A stretch of 64,000 bases of DNA from Octopus vulgaris (taxonomy: Eukaryota). A model generated the notes under the pieces. The model ran no database searches. It saw only the letters and a program-made list of their open reading frames with translations, and was not told where the DNA came from. The stretch lies in the NCBI GenBank assembly GCA_951406725.2, contig OX597815.1, positions 192,200,001 through 192,264,000 on the forward strand, written 5' to 3'. Of the stretch, positions 51,599-64,000 are shown one piece after another; the stretch's first letter is position 1, and the number at the start of each line of letters is the position of its first letter. Position numbers and translations under genes: made by a program.

Positions 51599-52307
51599 TA
51601 TGCATGCTGATTCACAGCTCAAAAACAACATTCGAGCGAGGTCGTTGCCAGTGCCACTGGACTGGCTCCTATGCAGGTGGCACATAAAAAATACCACTTG
51701 AGCATGGCCGTTATCAGTACCACCTGACTGGCCCTTGTGCCAGTGGCATGTAAGAGCACCCACTACACTCTCGGAGTGGTTGGCGTTAGGAAGGGCATCC
51801 AGCTGTAGAAACTCTGCCAGATCAGCTTGGAGCCTGGTGCAGCCATCTGGTTCACCACTCCTCAGTCAAATTATCCAACCCATACTAGCATGGAAAGCGG
51901 ACGTTAAATGGTGATGATGATGATGATGCATGAGTATATGCTCATACATCTATGAGAATATATCTCTGTTTTTATCTACCAATGCCATAATACCATACAT
52001 GATGGTGTATAAAATGGGAATGAAAATTTATCATGCATCTAATGGAACTGTAAAATGGATGGGACACCACATGTATGAATGCATGAAGAAACATTAAATT
52101 GCTTTCTTCCTCAAAGTATATTAGCCTTATGCAAGTGTACATCATATACATTAGCAAATATGGTACCCCAAAATATGATACCCCAAAATATGGTACCTCA
52201 GCTTTTGTATTCAATGATTATATTTTTTCCCCTTATATCTACTGTATTCAATGCTTATATTATTTCCTTATATTTATTATATATTTGATGTTTATATTTT
52301 TTCGCAG

Positions 52308-52433
52308 GTGACCGACCGTTTAAATTCTGTTGGCATGGATATATCATTTGTTGTGCAACCATCAGATTTCATCAAACAGCTCAGAAAACAGCTCAAGAAA
52401 ATGAGTAATTTCACAGACTACTGTCTCGGTTAA
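52308..52433 (+). CDS. Terminal coding exon
   Basis: Acceptor tttttcgcag|GTG, phase 0. Encodes VTDRLNSVGMDISFVVQPSDFIKQLRKQLKKMSNFTDYCLG then TAA, followed by AT-rich 3'UTR-like sequence. Confidence 0.9.
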   Translation: MTDRLNSVGMDISFVVQPSDFIKQLRKQLKKMSNFTDYCLG

Positions 52434-54564
52434 TTAAGGATCGTTACTTATTGAACATAAATCTCACCACAAATGCTTCATCTCCTCGCTGATTGAATTT
52501 TTAATTAACCTATTAAGAAATTTCAATGAAATGTGAAGAAATCTTTAAAAATTAAAAGAGTTGCATTCTAGTTTTCACACCTGATGAATGTTAAATTGCT
52601 AGTTCCTTATTGTGCAATGATTAACAAAAAAAACAAACAAAAAATATTGATCTTATAGACAAGTAGAACACACGAACCAGTATCACAGTATGTGAACTTT
52701 TGGAAATCTAAATCTGCGAACAAGTATTTTCTGCCAAATTGGACATGAAAATTGGTTTGCTTCATTTAATGTTTTGACTTTTGCAATCGGATTTTTTTTT
52801 TTTTTTTGTTATGTACCTTTGTCAGCCTAAATTCTGACTTAAAAGTGTACAGTTGCTCAAGGTTTTAATTGTTTTTAATTGTTCGTTTTTTCTTTTTTTA
52901 AAAAAAAATCTCCCTCATCAAAGCAAGGTTGAAAGCAGTACACCCCCTAAATTTTCCAATGTGTATTGCCAGTAATTTATAAAAAAAAAAATATATATTC
53001 ACATATATACACATATATAAATATATATACATATATACATTTGTATGTATGTATATATATGTTTATACATGTGTATGCATATATATATATTTGTGTGTAC
53101 ATATATGTATAGATATACATACATATATAAATAAATACATACACACATGTGTGTGTGTGCATAGAAGTAGGTAATGTATGTGTGTATAAATGCACATATG
53201 TATAGATGGATATAGATATACATACATTTTGGAGTTGTACTTATTTGGTAAGTAATGAGTTTTGAAATCGTGTGATGAAACTAAGAGGGTTACGTTAAAG
53301 AAGAGATATTTCAACCATTTGAGGACACAGAGAAACGGTGGAATTCACTTCCCATTTGGTCACTGATAGCACCATTTGTTATGAAGGGTCAAAAGTTTTG
53401 TGTTTGCCAGTAATTTATAAATAACTATATATATATATATATTACGGAGATGTACTTGCATGGCAAGTGACCTGATCTGAGATCGTGAGTTAGAACGGAA
53501 TTTTGTCAGGGAACAAGTCGCGGTCTGAAAGCGACAAAACTATTTTGACAAATTAAATTTGAATATTTAAATGTTGGAGTGAATCTAACGGTTTTTGTGT
53601 GTTCCTTAAATGGCTTATAAACACCTTCCACGCTGCAATTGTTTTATATATATATATATAAAAATATAAGTCAAAAGATTGCAATTTTGAAATCTGGATA
53701 AGAAATAAATGGAAAGTGGATATCATGCAATTTGTACCTTCTTAACTGACCAAAACAATTCTTCCATGATGTATTTGTTATATATACATACACGCACGCA
53801 CACACACACATATATATATATATACACACACATATATGTATATTCGTATATATACATATATGTATATTCGTATATATATTGCATTAGATGACTATACAAT
53901 ATATATGTATGTATATATTTATATACATGAATACATACATACATATATGTATTACACTAGATGAATATATAAATAAATATGTGTGTGTATATATTTATAT
54001 ATATGCATACATACATACATGTATTACACTAGATGAATATATAAATGTGTATGTGTGTATTATATCTATATATCAATATATATATACACACACACATATA
54101 TATACATACATACATACATATGAACACATATTGTGTATGGAGACTGTTATTGTAGCAAAAATATAAATTCTGAAAGTGAAGTTGTAAACTTCTTAGAAAT
54201 TCGAATGAAATTAACTGTTAATTTAAATATTTGATTGATTGATTTATTGACTGATTGATGAAATTGTTCTTTGAAAGACTCTTTGACCAGTGGTGGGCTA
54301 TCTCTAAAAAAAAAAAAAGTTAATAAAATTCATGAAAAATAAACAATATATATATATAAATATATTTTCTTCCCTATGGGATTATCCAACTTGGCAGAGA
54401 TACTCATTGGGTAATTAATTTGCTAGTAATTAAATGAATTTCTATAACAGAGCCTGTACTGGCCAAGCTTGATTCTGCTCAAATTTGGGGAATTGCAATT
54501 TGGACCGGTGTTTTGGGTTTCTAATGGCCCATGAAAGAAAATTACAGAATCTTGAGATCTGGCG

Positions 54565-55144
54565 GGATATGTATATATATATATACACACATGCATATGT
54601 ACATATGCATGTATATATATATATATGCATGTATATATATATAATATATATATACATATGTATGTATATATATATATATGCATGTATATATATATAATAT
54701 ATATATACATATGTATGTATATAATATATATATATACATATGTACATACGCATGTATAAATATATATATATACATATGTATATACACATGTATAAATATA
54801 TATATATACATATGTATATAAATACATATATATATACATCTGAAAGAATGTACATATATATATTTGTATATATGTATGTACATATATATACATCTGAAAG
54901 GATGTACATATATATATATGTACGTATGTACATATATATATATATATATATTCATAATGTACATATATATATATATATACAACATATACGTATATATATA
55001 TATATACATATATATACGCACATACATATGTACGTATATATATATACACACATACATATGTACGTATATATATATACACACATACATATGTACGTATATA
55101 TATATATATATATACACACTACATATGTACATATATATAAACAT

Positions 55145-55180
<36 letters not shown>

Positions 55181-55182
55181 GT
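54565..55182. repeat. (TA)-rich compound microsatellite
   Basis: Seen directly. Confidence 0.9.
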
Positions 55183-55338
55183 ATGAAGTAGAAAAGGGTT
55201 TTCTATTTGCTCAATTCATTCTACTCTCCCCATCAATACTAAATAGAAGTGAATAAAATCTTGTTATTGTTTAGCCCCAAGTCTGCCCTGGTTGAGCAGA
55301 CCGATAATCAAAGGCATTCCAGCCATGACCATCACATG

Positions 55339-55599
55339 TTTCACCCAGACACAGCTTAAGCATCGAGAACCACCCAATATGCAAATGTCTCCTCCTTTTC
55401 CCCCCAAGATGTCGGAAGAATTTTCGAATTTGAGGGAAAATTCGGTTGTGCATTTCTTAAACACCGAGAGTCCGCGTGGAATGAATATCCCCTCAAGAAT
55501 TTGAATTGGGCATTCAACTATATAATATCTCCCTGGAAATATTGTATTCGTTTCCCTGCTAACACAGCGAAATTAAAAAACACTTGTGGCTGGGTGAAA
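55339..55599. mobile_element. Unclassified element with 15-bp terminal inverted repeats
   Basis: tttcacccagacaca and tgtggctgggtgaaa (14/15 complementary); no clear target-site duplication. Confidence 0.55.
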
Positions 55600-56234
55600 T
55601 TTTCTAAAACATGGTAAACAAAAACAAAGTATTAGATGGAATAAAAAAAAAAAAATAAAGATAATTATAAAGATGATGACAATGATGATTATCATCATGA
55701 TGATGTTGATGATGATGATGATGATAAAAAAATTCTGAGCAATTTTTTTGAGTGGTTATTGTTTATTGTTTCCAAATGTCCCCTCTTCCAATATTGACAA
55801 GTTTATTATTATTATTATCATTATTATTATTATTATTATTTTTGGTATTTTTTCCTATTTTTAATGTAATTTTTTTTTTTTTTTGACTTTACATGTTTTC
55901 CCTCTTTAAACTATCAATATTCTAGTTATCCCCTACTTATATGTAAATGCTGGTAAAAAGGAAGGAAGCTAATCAATGCAAGCTGTCATCTAATTGTGAC
56001 TGCAAATAACTCCTCCTGCCCCCCCACCCATCACCTCTTAAAACAACTGGCAATTTGAAAAAAGAATTGGTATAAAATATTCACAGAAACTGTTCGACTC
56101 TTTCTTTGCTTATTCTTTGTTAAAACCATGTTGTTTGTTGTTTGTGTCATTTTTTTTCTCGTTTTTTTTTGTTGTTATTCTTAATAATTTGAAGTGACTT
56201 GGTTTGTTTTAGAATCGTATAAAGTGGATGTAAA

Positions 56235-56890
56235 GTAGAGAAAGAGAGAGAGAGAGAGAATGGTGAAGCTATAAAATGACCAGAGAAATAACCACTTAGA
56301 TCGTCCATGTAAATGAAAGAGAGAAGCAGAAACAGGGTAAGAGAGAGAGACAAAGAAGGAGAGAAAGAGAACCAGAGGAAAATGAGGAGAGAGAGAGAAG
56401 ACAGGCAAAATGGGAAAGAGAGAAGGAAAAAGAGGAGAGAGAGAAGAGAAAGCTATGAGAGAGAAGAGGAAGAAGAGAGAGAGAGGTGGGGATAAAATGA
56501 CCACTGAGATCGTCCATGTAAATGAAAGAGAGAAGCAGAAACAGGGTAAGAGAGAGAGAGAAAACTAGAGAGACAGAGAAGGAGAGAAAGAGAACCAGAG
56601 GAGAGAGAGAAGACAGGCAAAATGGGAAAGAGAGAAGGAAAAAGAGGAGAGAGAGAAGAGAAAGCTATGAGAGAGAGAGAGAGAGGTGGGGAGGCTATAA
56701 AATGACCACTGAGATCATCCGTGTAAATGAAAGAGAGAAGCTGAAACAAGGTAAGAGAGAGAGTGAAAATTAGAGAGACAGAGAAGGAGAGAAAGAGAAC
56801 CAGAGGAAAACGAGGAGAGAGAGAAGACAGGCAAAATGGGAAAGAGAGAAGAGAGAGCCATGGGAGAGAAGGAAAAAGAGAGAGAGAGAT
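56235..56890. repeat. GA-rich tandem repeat, three units of about 205-220 bp
   Basis: Anchor aaaatgacca..gagatc.tcc.tgtaaatgaaagagagaagc recurs at about 56273, 56494 and 56699. Confidence 0.88.
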
Positions 56891-57079
56891 TACTAAATAG
56901 TTGCTGGACATTAATGTATTCGAAATTGTTGCTAAGTCTCTGCTTTAAATTTAAGTTCACTGATTTACCTTAAAGGTAGAAAACCTTTGTGTCACTTAAC
57001 ACCTTCAGTTATTCTTATGGACCTCCACAAACTCTTGTGTTACATGTTCAAATCCATTGTTGGTATTTTATTGTAAAGG

Positions 57080-57395
57080 GTAAAGGATAAAGACCCTCTT
57101 CGGTCATGAATGACCAAGGGACTGCACCTAGGAAAGTTCCCCTCCAAGGCACAAGTCCAGGTAAGGTTGTTTGTGGAAGACCAGCAGTTGCCCTTCTCCA
57201 TGCCACCGATGTTATCCAAGGGGAAGCAAAGGGGCCAATACAGCTTGGCACCAGTGATGTCGTAACTAATTTCTACAGCTGAGTGAACCAGAGCAATGTG
57301 AAATAAAATGTCTTGCTTAAGAACATGCAACCTGGTCCAGGAATTGAACTCACAACTTAACATATGTAAGCCTAACGCTCTAACCACTGAGTCAT
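57080..57395 (-). mobile_element. tRNA-derived SINE with CORE-like segment
   Basis: Minus strand: TGACTCAGTGGTTAGAGCG (A box), GAGTTCAATTCC (B box), TTAAGCAAGACATTTTATTTCACATTGCTCTGGTTCACTCAGCTGTAGAAAT. Confidence 0.72.
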
Positions 57396-58056
57396 GTCAC
57401 AGAAAACGAGAAGGCAACCATACTCTGGGATATGCCAATACACACAGATAGAGAAATTAAGGCAAATAGGCCAGATATAGTTGTCAGAGATAACCAAGGG
57501 AAATAAAAAATGCTTTCTAACTGCTGTATCGATACCAGTAGATGACAATGTTTGTCTAAAAGAAACGGAGAAACTTTCAAATTACAAAGATCTGGAAACA
57601 GAGGTAACTCGAATATGGAACCTAAAAACAGAAACAATTCCAATTATAGTAGGTGCATTAGGTATGATAAAAAAAAACATTCAGACAAATACATAACAAA
57701 AACATCAGGACTTACAAGTATACATAACATACAGAAAATAGCACAACCAGGCACCGCACATATCTACATAAAACACTTTCAATACTGCGAAAATAGGAGC
57801 ACCACAATAAACCACAGCACATACCCTAGGCAGACAGAGCTGCACTTAGTAGTGCAGCAAAAGCCCGTGATAAAAATAAGACTATTGAATAATGATGATG
57901 ATAATAATAATAATAACTATGTACACCTCCAGAAAACGGTATTAATAGGTACAGCTAGGGTACTTAAGAGGGTTCTTGGCATCAAAAGTTACTTGTTGTA
58001 GCCCAATGTTAGGAATTTTTCTTTTCCAATAGTCTAATCTGTTGAGCGTATATGAA
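57396..58056 (+). mobile_element. R4/Dong-like (restriction-like endonuclease) non-LTR retrotransposon 3' fragments
   Basis: VTENEKATILWDMPIHTDREIKANRPDIVVRD/KCFL..VSIP.DDNV..KETEKLSNYKDL...ETIPIIVGALG...IQKIA.PGTAHI (RPD..D..K..Y RLE pattern). A second end, HLQKTVLIGTARVLKRVLG, starts at about 57920 after (TAA)n. Confidence 0.82.
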
Positions 58057-59173
58057 ATATTTATAATGATAATGAAAGCCATAGAAATTCTACCATTATT
58101 ACTATTAAACTAACTATTTACATGCCACAGTGATTATTTGTAGTCATAAAAATGTTCTAATGTTCAGCTAAGCAGATCCAGAAATTCTGAATGAACTACT
58201 CTGGAGACATAGAAAAATATAACTGGATATTAAATAGTTTCAATTTAAAAGCTTCTGTATTTAATATAGATTTCCCAGTGATAATAGCAAAATTTTGCAG
58301 CAGTTATCTTCAAGCTATTACACTGAGCCAAGTATTTCACTATGACAGAAATAATTATATTAATTTACACTATAATTTGGAGTCTGATTAAACTAAATTT
58401 AGAAAAAATAAAAATAAAAATGAAAAATGGGTAAAAGTAAAAAAAATCTAAAAAATGTGAGTAATCTCACTATTTTGAAGAGAATATACTAAAAAAGAAT
58501 TATAAACAAGAATACTGTGATGTTCAAAAACAGCAATTTATGTTAAACCAAATTAGTTGCTCTGGTTAACATAAAGATGAAATGACATGTGTCAGAATTA
58601 TGTTTTAAAATACAGAACATTTAATACTTAGAATTAAGCAATATCTATTGAATATGAGATAATTTTTTAGTGTGTAAAGTCTGATGTGGGTAAGATGTGC
58701 TCTGCTGCTTATGACGATGAGTGTTCTAAGTTGATCTGGTCAGTGGAATAGCCTGCTCATGAAATTAATATGGAAAGCGCTGAGCAGTCCACAGACATGT
58801 GTATCCTTAATGTAGTTCTCAGGGAGATTCAGTGTCACACTCCGGTAGAATAAAATAGAAATCAAAGGGGTCCATAGACAAAAAAAAAAATGGTTGAGAA
58901 CTACTGATTTAACCCTTTCATTACCATATTTCTTTTTTCTTTATTGCCCACAAGGGGCTAAACATAGAGGGGACAAACAAGGACAGACAAAGGGATTAAG
59001 TCGATTACATCGACCCCAGTGTGAAATTGGTACTTAATTTATCGACCTTGAAAGGATGAAAGGCAAAGTCAACCTCAGCAGAATTTGAACTCAAAACATA
59101 AAAACAGATGAAATGCCGCTAAACATTTCACCCGGCATGCTAACGTTTCTGCCAGCTTGTTGCCTTACATATT

Positions 59174-59635
59174 TGTTACCATAATTCTGTTGAGATGTTC
59201 TGTGTTTCTTTCAATTAATTTTAAATATAACAAAGAATTTCGTAAAATAACTTAGTTATCATTAAGCTAGTGTTAGGAAGATAAATTGTGACTAAGGTTT
59301 GGAGGAAGATTTTAATTCAAAACTTATGAAAACAAGACATTTGTACTAAAAAGCCAGAGGTGGTCTCAGGCAGGTTAGTACCAAAAGGCTTAAATTAATC
59401 ATTTGTTAACCCTTTTGTTACCATATTTCTGTTGAGATGCTCTGTGTTTCTTTCAATTAATTTTAAATATAACAAAGGATTTCGTAAAATAACTTAGTTA
59501 TCATTAAGCTAGTGTTAGAAAGATAAATTGTGACTAAGGTTTGGTGGAAGATTTCAATTTAGAACTTTTGGAAAGAAGACATTTGTACTACAGAGCCAGA
59601 GGCAGTTTCAGGTAGGTTGGTATCAAAAGGGTTAA
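59174..59635. mobile_element. Tandem dimer of the same piggyBac-type MITE as 9754-10454, opposite orientation
   Basis: Units about 59174-59389 and TTAA|59410-59631|TTAA. Confidence 0.8.
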
Positions 59636-59915
59636 ATAGAATTCCAGATTGATTAGACTCATTTTTTTTCCTATAATAGGCTTTTATCTTGTTTTTTTTT
59701 TTATTTTTATAATGTCCACATTTCTTTGTATGGGTCAGGTGGAGTTTATTGAAGGAGATTTTGTATGGCTGGATGCCCTTCCTGCCACCAACCTTCACCT
59801 GTTTCCAAGCAAGGTAATGCTTCCCCATGGACAGATTCTTGCAGAACATTGGAACTGATTGACACTGCCTGTATGGCAATCATTTACCACAATCATACAA
59901 TGTCAAGACAAGGGA

Positions 59916-59944
<29 letters not shown>

Positions 59945-59959
<15 letters not shown>

Positions 59960-60330
59960 CTGAAGTTGTCTGTGTATGGCAGATTTGGTAGCCTTCGACT
60001 AACACTATCTCCTCCAAGACCCTGCGGCGCAAGTTGACCAAAATTGAGAGTATGATAGAAGGCTTGCTTCCGTAGAAGAAAAAAGTTCAAATTGGACCAT
60101 GTTAACACCAAAAATTATTTACATCAAAAAGGTGCTTTTTTTTTTCTATGAAAATCCCTATTTTTTACGATTTTTTTAACTTTTGTGTCACCATTTTTCA
60201 GTGTATTTCAACCAGAAAAATGTTCACTTAAAGAGAATAGCAGGCTACATAATGCAAAATTTTTACTTTTCAAAAGTTCCAATTCTAAAGGGTCGAAACA
60301 AACCTGAGCAACGCCAGGCGATACTGCTAG
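59945..60330 (+). mobile_element. Non-autonomous Helitron, second copy
   Basis: Reverse complement of 6800-7204; ends CCTGAGCAACGCCAGG-cgatactg-CTAG|T. Confidence 0.78.
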
Positions 60331-60904
60331 TATATGTATATATATATCATGCCAGCATCACATAAAATGCACTCAGTACACACTGTGAAGTGGTTGGCAT
60401 TAGAATGGGCATCCAGTCACAGGAACCCAGCCAAAACAGATGACTGAAGCCTGGTGCTGTCCTCTGGTTTGCCAGCTCCTTTCAGACTTACCAGCTCATG
60501 CCAGCATGGAGAATGGATATCAAATGATGATGGGCTTCTTTCAGCTTCTGTCTGACAAATTGACTCACATGGTTTTGACCAGCCTGGGGCTATAGAAAAA
60601 AAAAAACACTTGCCCAAGGTGCCATGCAGTGGAACTGAACCTGGAACCATGTGGTTGGGAAACAAGCTTCTTACCACACAGCCACACCTGCGCCTATAGA
60701 TATAGAACAGTGGAGAATTGTTAGAAATGCTTAGTAGTATTTCATCCATCTTCATGGCCTGAGTTCAAATTCCACTGAGGAATCGATGAAATAAATACCA
60801 CTTGAGCACAGCGGTCAGTGTAATTGACTAGCCCCCTCCCCTGCAATTGCTGGCCTTGTGCCAAAATGCAGTGGGAATGAACTTAAAACTATTTCATCAG
60901 GAAG

Positions 60905-61292
60905 TGGAGTGACTGTGTGGTAAGTAGCTTGCTAACCAACCACATGGTTCCGGGTTCATTCCCACAGTGTGGCACCTTAGGCAAGTGTCTTCTACTATAG
61001 CCCTGGGCCGACCAAAGCCTTGTGAGTGGATTTGGTAGATGGAAACTGAAAGAAACCTGTCGTATTTATGTATATATATATATGTGTTTGTGTGTCTGTG
61101 TTTGTCCCCCTAGCATTGCTTGACAACCAATGCTGGTGTGTTACGTCCCCGTCACTTAGCGGTTCGGCAAAAGAGACCGATAGAATAAGTACTGGGGTTA
61201 CAAAGAATAAGTCCCAGGGTCGATTTGCTCGACTAAAGGCGGTGCTCCAGCATGGCCACAGTCAAATGACTGAAACAAGTAAAAGAGTAAAA
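60905..61292 (+). mobile_element. SINE family A copy
   Basis: Full-length match to the family. Confidence 0.85.
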
Positions 61293-61679
61293 GAAAGTAT
61301 TCTGTAGTGAGTAATTTTCTCACCTGTGTGTGTACATCTTTTGCTGATATATTCAGCATAGATTTTTGCCAAACAGGTGGCATATCTAATTAATTTCAAA
61401 CTTTGGAAAATTCTATAATATCGAACAGTTTTCTAATTATTACAAGTAAAATAAAAATTCATTATGAAAATCAGTTATTAATGTTAGACAGAGACTAATT
61501 GAAGACAAAACAAGCAGATTGAGAACTAAATACTTTACCCACACAACCAAACCTGTACCCTTGAATGTAAAAATATTCATCACACTAAATTGGATGTAGC
61601 CAAGTACTCATCTGTATAGCCGCTTAGTTGTGTTGAATCTTCTTTACCCACCACCTACTTCATCATCATCATTGTTTAA

Positions 61680-61899
61680 CCCGTTAGCATTTAAACCGGT
61701 CATATCTGGCCAAAATATTCAACCAGCTTTAGGTTCAAACAGGCTAGATTTTGCCTCTCACACTTACCCTACAATGTCATTCTAAAAATAAACTGTTATA
61801 ACATCAAAATCTCAAAAATACAAGATAATCCATGATTAATTTCAAGTAATGTGAATAAATAAGCATTTTATTTGACATGATGATCTGAATGCTAAAGGG
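61680..61899. mobile_element. piggyBac-type MITE inserted at a TTAA within a family C SINE
   Basis: catcattgtTTAA|cccgttagcattta...tgaatgctaaaggg|TTAAcgtccactttccatg. Removing the insert and one TTAA restores the SINE consensus gtttaacgtcc. Confidence 0.88.
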
Positions 61900-62579
61900 T
61901 TAACGTCCACTTTCCATGCTAGCATGGGTTGGACGATTTGACTGAGGACTGGCAAAGCAGATGGCTGTACTAGGCTCCAATCTGATCTGGCAGAGTTTCT
62001 ACAGCTGGATGCCCTTCCTAAGGCCAACCACTCTGAGAGTGTAGTGGGTACTTTTACGTGCCACCGGCACGAGGGCGAGTCAGGTGGTACTGGCAATGGC
62101 TACGTTCAAATGGTGCTTTTTATGTGCCACCTGCGCAGGAGCCAGTCCAGCAGCCACTGGCCATGACCTCGCTCGAATGTTTTTTTCACGGGCCACCAGC
62201 ACAAGTGCCAGTAAGGCGACGCAGGTAATAATCACGCTTGAATGGTGTTTTTTACATGCCATCGGCAGAGATGCCAGTCATTGAATTTGATTTCAATTTC
62301 GATTTCACTTGCCTCAACAGGTCTTCGCAAGCAGAGTTCAGTGTCCAATGAAGGAAAGGTATGCATAAGTGGGCTGGTTACACCCCTGGCATACTCGTTT
62401 TGTGTAAAGTAATAATATGAAGATTAATAGCTTCTCCTTAAGATGAACCAACCTTTCCAATAGTTCACCATATTTCAAAGAGTATTAGCATGGCTTGGTT
62501 CTTCTTTTCTTTTCACAGCAGTGGAGCAACGTAAAATTACCAGTGTGTGTATCTATGCATGCATTGGCACACAACCATA

Positions 62580-62928
62580 GACGTATATATATATATACAC
62601 ACACACACACATATATACATGTATACATATATATATACACATATATACACATACACACATATACATATATATATACACATATATACACACATATACACAT
62701 ATATACACACATATACACATATATATACACATATATACACACACATATATATATATACACACACACATATATATACACACACACATATATATACACACAC
62801 ACATATATATATATACACACACACATATATATATATACATACACACACATATATACACACACACATATACACACACACACATATATATGCATATATATAT
62901 ACACACACACACACACACATATATACGC

Positions 62929-62961
<33 letters not shown>

Positions 62962-63205
62962 CACATATATATATATACGCATATATATATATACACACAC
63001 ATATATATATATGCATATATATATACACACACACATATATATATGCATATATATATACACACACACATATATATATGCATATATATATACACACACACAT
63101 ATATATATATGCATATATATATACACACACACATATATATATATATGCATATATATATACACACACACATATATATATATATACGCACACACACATATAT
63201 ATATG
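62580..63205. repeat. (TA)/(CA) compound microsatellite
   Basis: Seen directly. Confidence 0.9.
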
Positions 63206-64000
63206 TTTGCATGTATGCTTATACATATGTATCTGTCTGTGCACATACATGTAGAGTCATTTGCAGCTGACATCCAAGTTAGTTCGTTACCCTCAAATTA
63301 AACTCATATGTTTCTCAGTTTCACAACAGGCAAAAAAGTGAAAAAAAAAAAAAAAAACCCCAAAAAAAACTAAGCAAAGATCAGACAAAGTTTATTATCA
63401 CTCGAGGTTCTTTGTAATTCAACTTGGCAAGCCTGGCATTACAATGGTGTGACCTTACAATGGGGAGGTATGTTACGAGATGATGAAGTATTACGAAACA
63501 GAACTTAAAACTAAACAGGATAAGTAACATTAGAAGCAACATGCAATGTTATCTATGATATATTTTTTCGAGGGTTCCATGTGCTACAACATAAAACATA
63601 TATATTACAGATATTTCCCCCGAATGGTGAAAATATGTGCACGTTTCGTTCTCAAGTGCATGTAAGTTTGAAAAATATTCAAATAATATTTGCATGCATA
63701 TCTTGAAGCTACAGGATGAGAAATGAATACATACGATAAAATTATATATTCTGCATATATCCTGTGCCATAAAGAGGCACCTGAAATGCAGGCGACAGGA
63801 AGTTCATCCGGTTGTAAAACGCTACCTCTAACGAGTAACTATGAAGGGAATGATAACACTGTTATAGGGGTCACAAGGATAACCTTTGCTTCCTCTGGCA
63901 AAACAGTCTTAAAACGTTTGTTGTATGATATCATTGAATGATATACTGTGTTATTTATGAAACATGTTGTTACCAAAAAAAGGAAAGAAAAAAATGGTGC

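Overview
AT-rich, repeat-saturated animal genomic DNA. The SINE families and microsatellite load look like an Octopus (coleoid cephalopod) genome; this is inference from recalled repeat families, not a database result. I can support one protein-coding gene, on the + strand, with five located coding exons: 9175-9398 (PH domain), 38265-40264 (a 2-kb Pro/Ser-rich exon), 41080-41320, 43717-43860 and 52308-52433 (PDZ-like region and stop). It resembles a PLEKHS1/GAB-like docking protein. Its first exon, and at least one exon between 9398 and 38265, could not be located. The rest is mobile-element debris and simple repeats: four SINE families, CR1, RTE and R4/Dong-like LINE fragments, Penelope-like remnants, hAT and Tc1/mariner fossils, piggyBac-, Tigger- and Charlie-type MITEs, and two non-autonomous Helitrons. 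The most interesting signal is seven hammerhead-ribozyme-like motifs in the introns. They include a direct-repeat pair bracketing about 770 nt (retrozyme-like) and one just downstream of a tRNA-like Pol III cassette inside a Penelope remnant. All motifs with an intact CUGAUGA core are antisense to the host gene, and both sense copies carry core mutations. Most ORFs in the supplied track are microsatellite or SINE artefacts.
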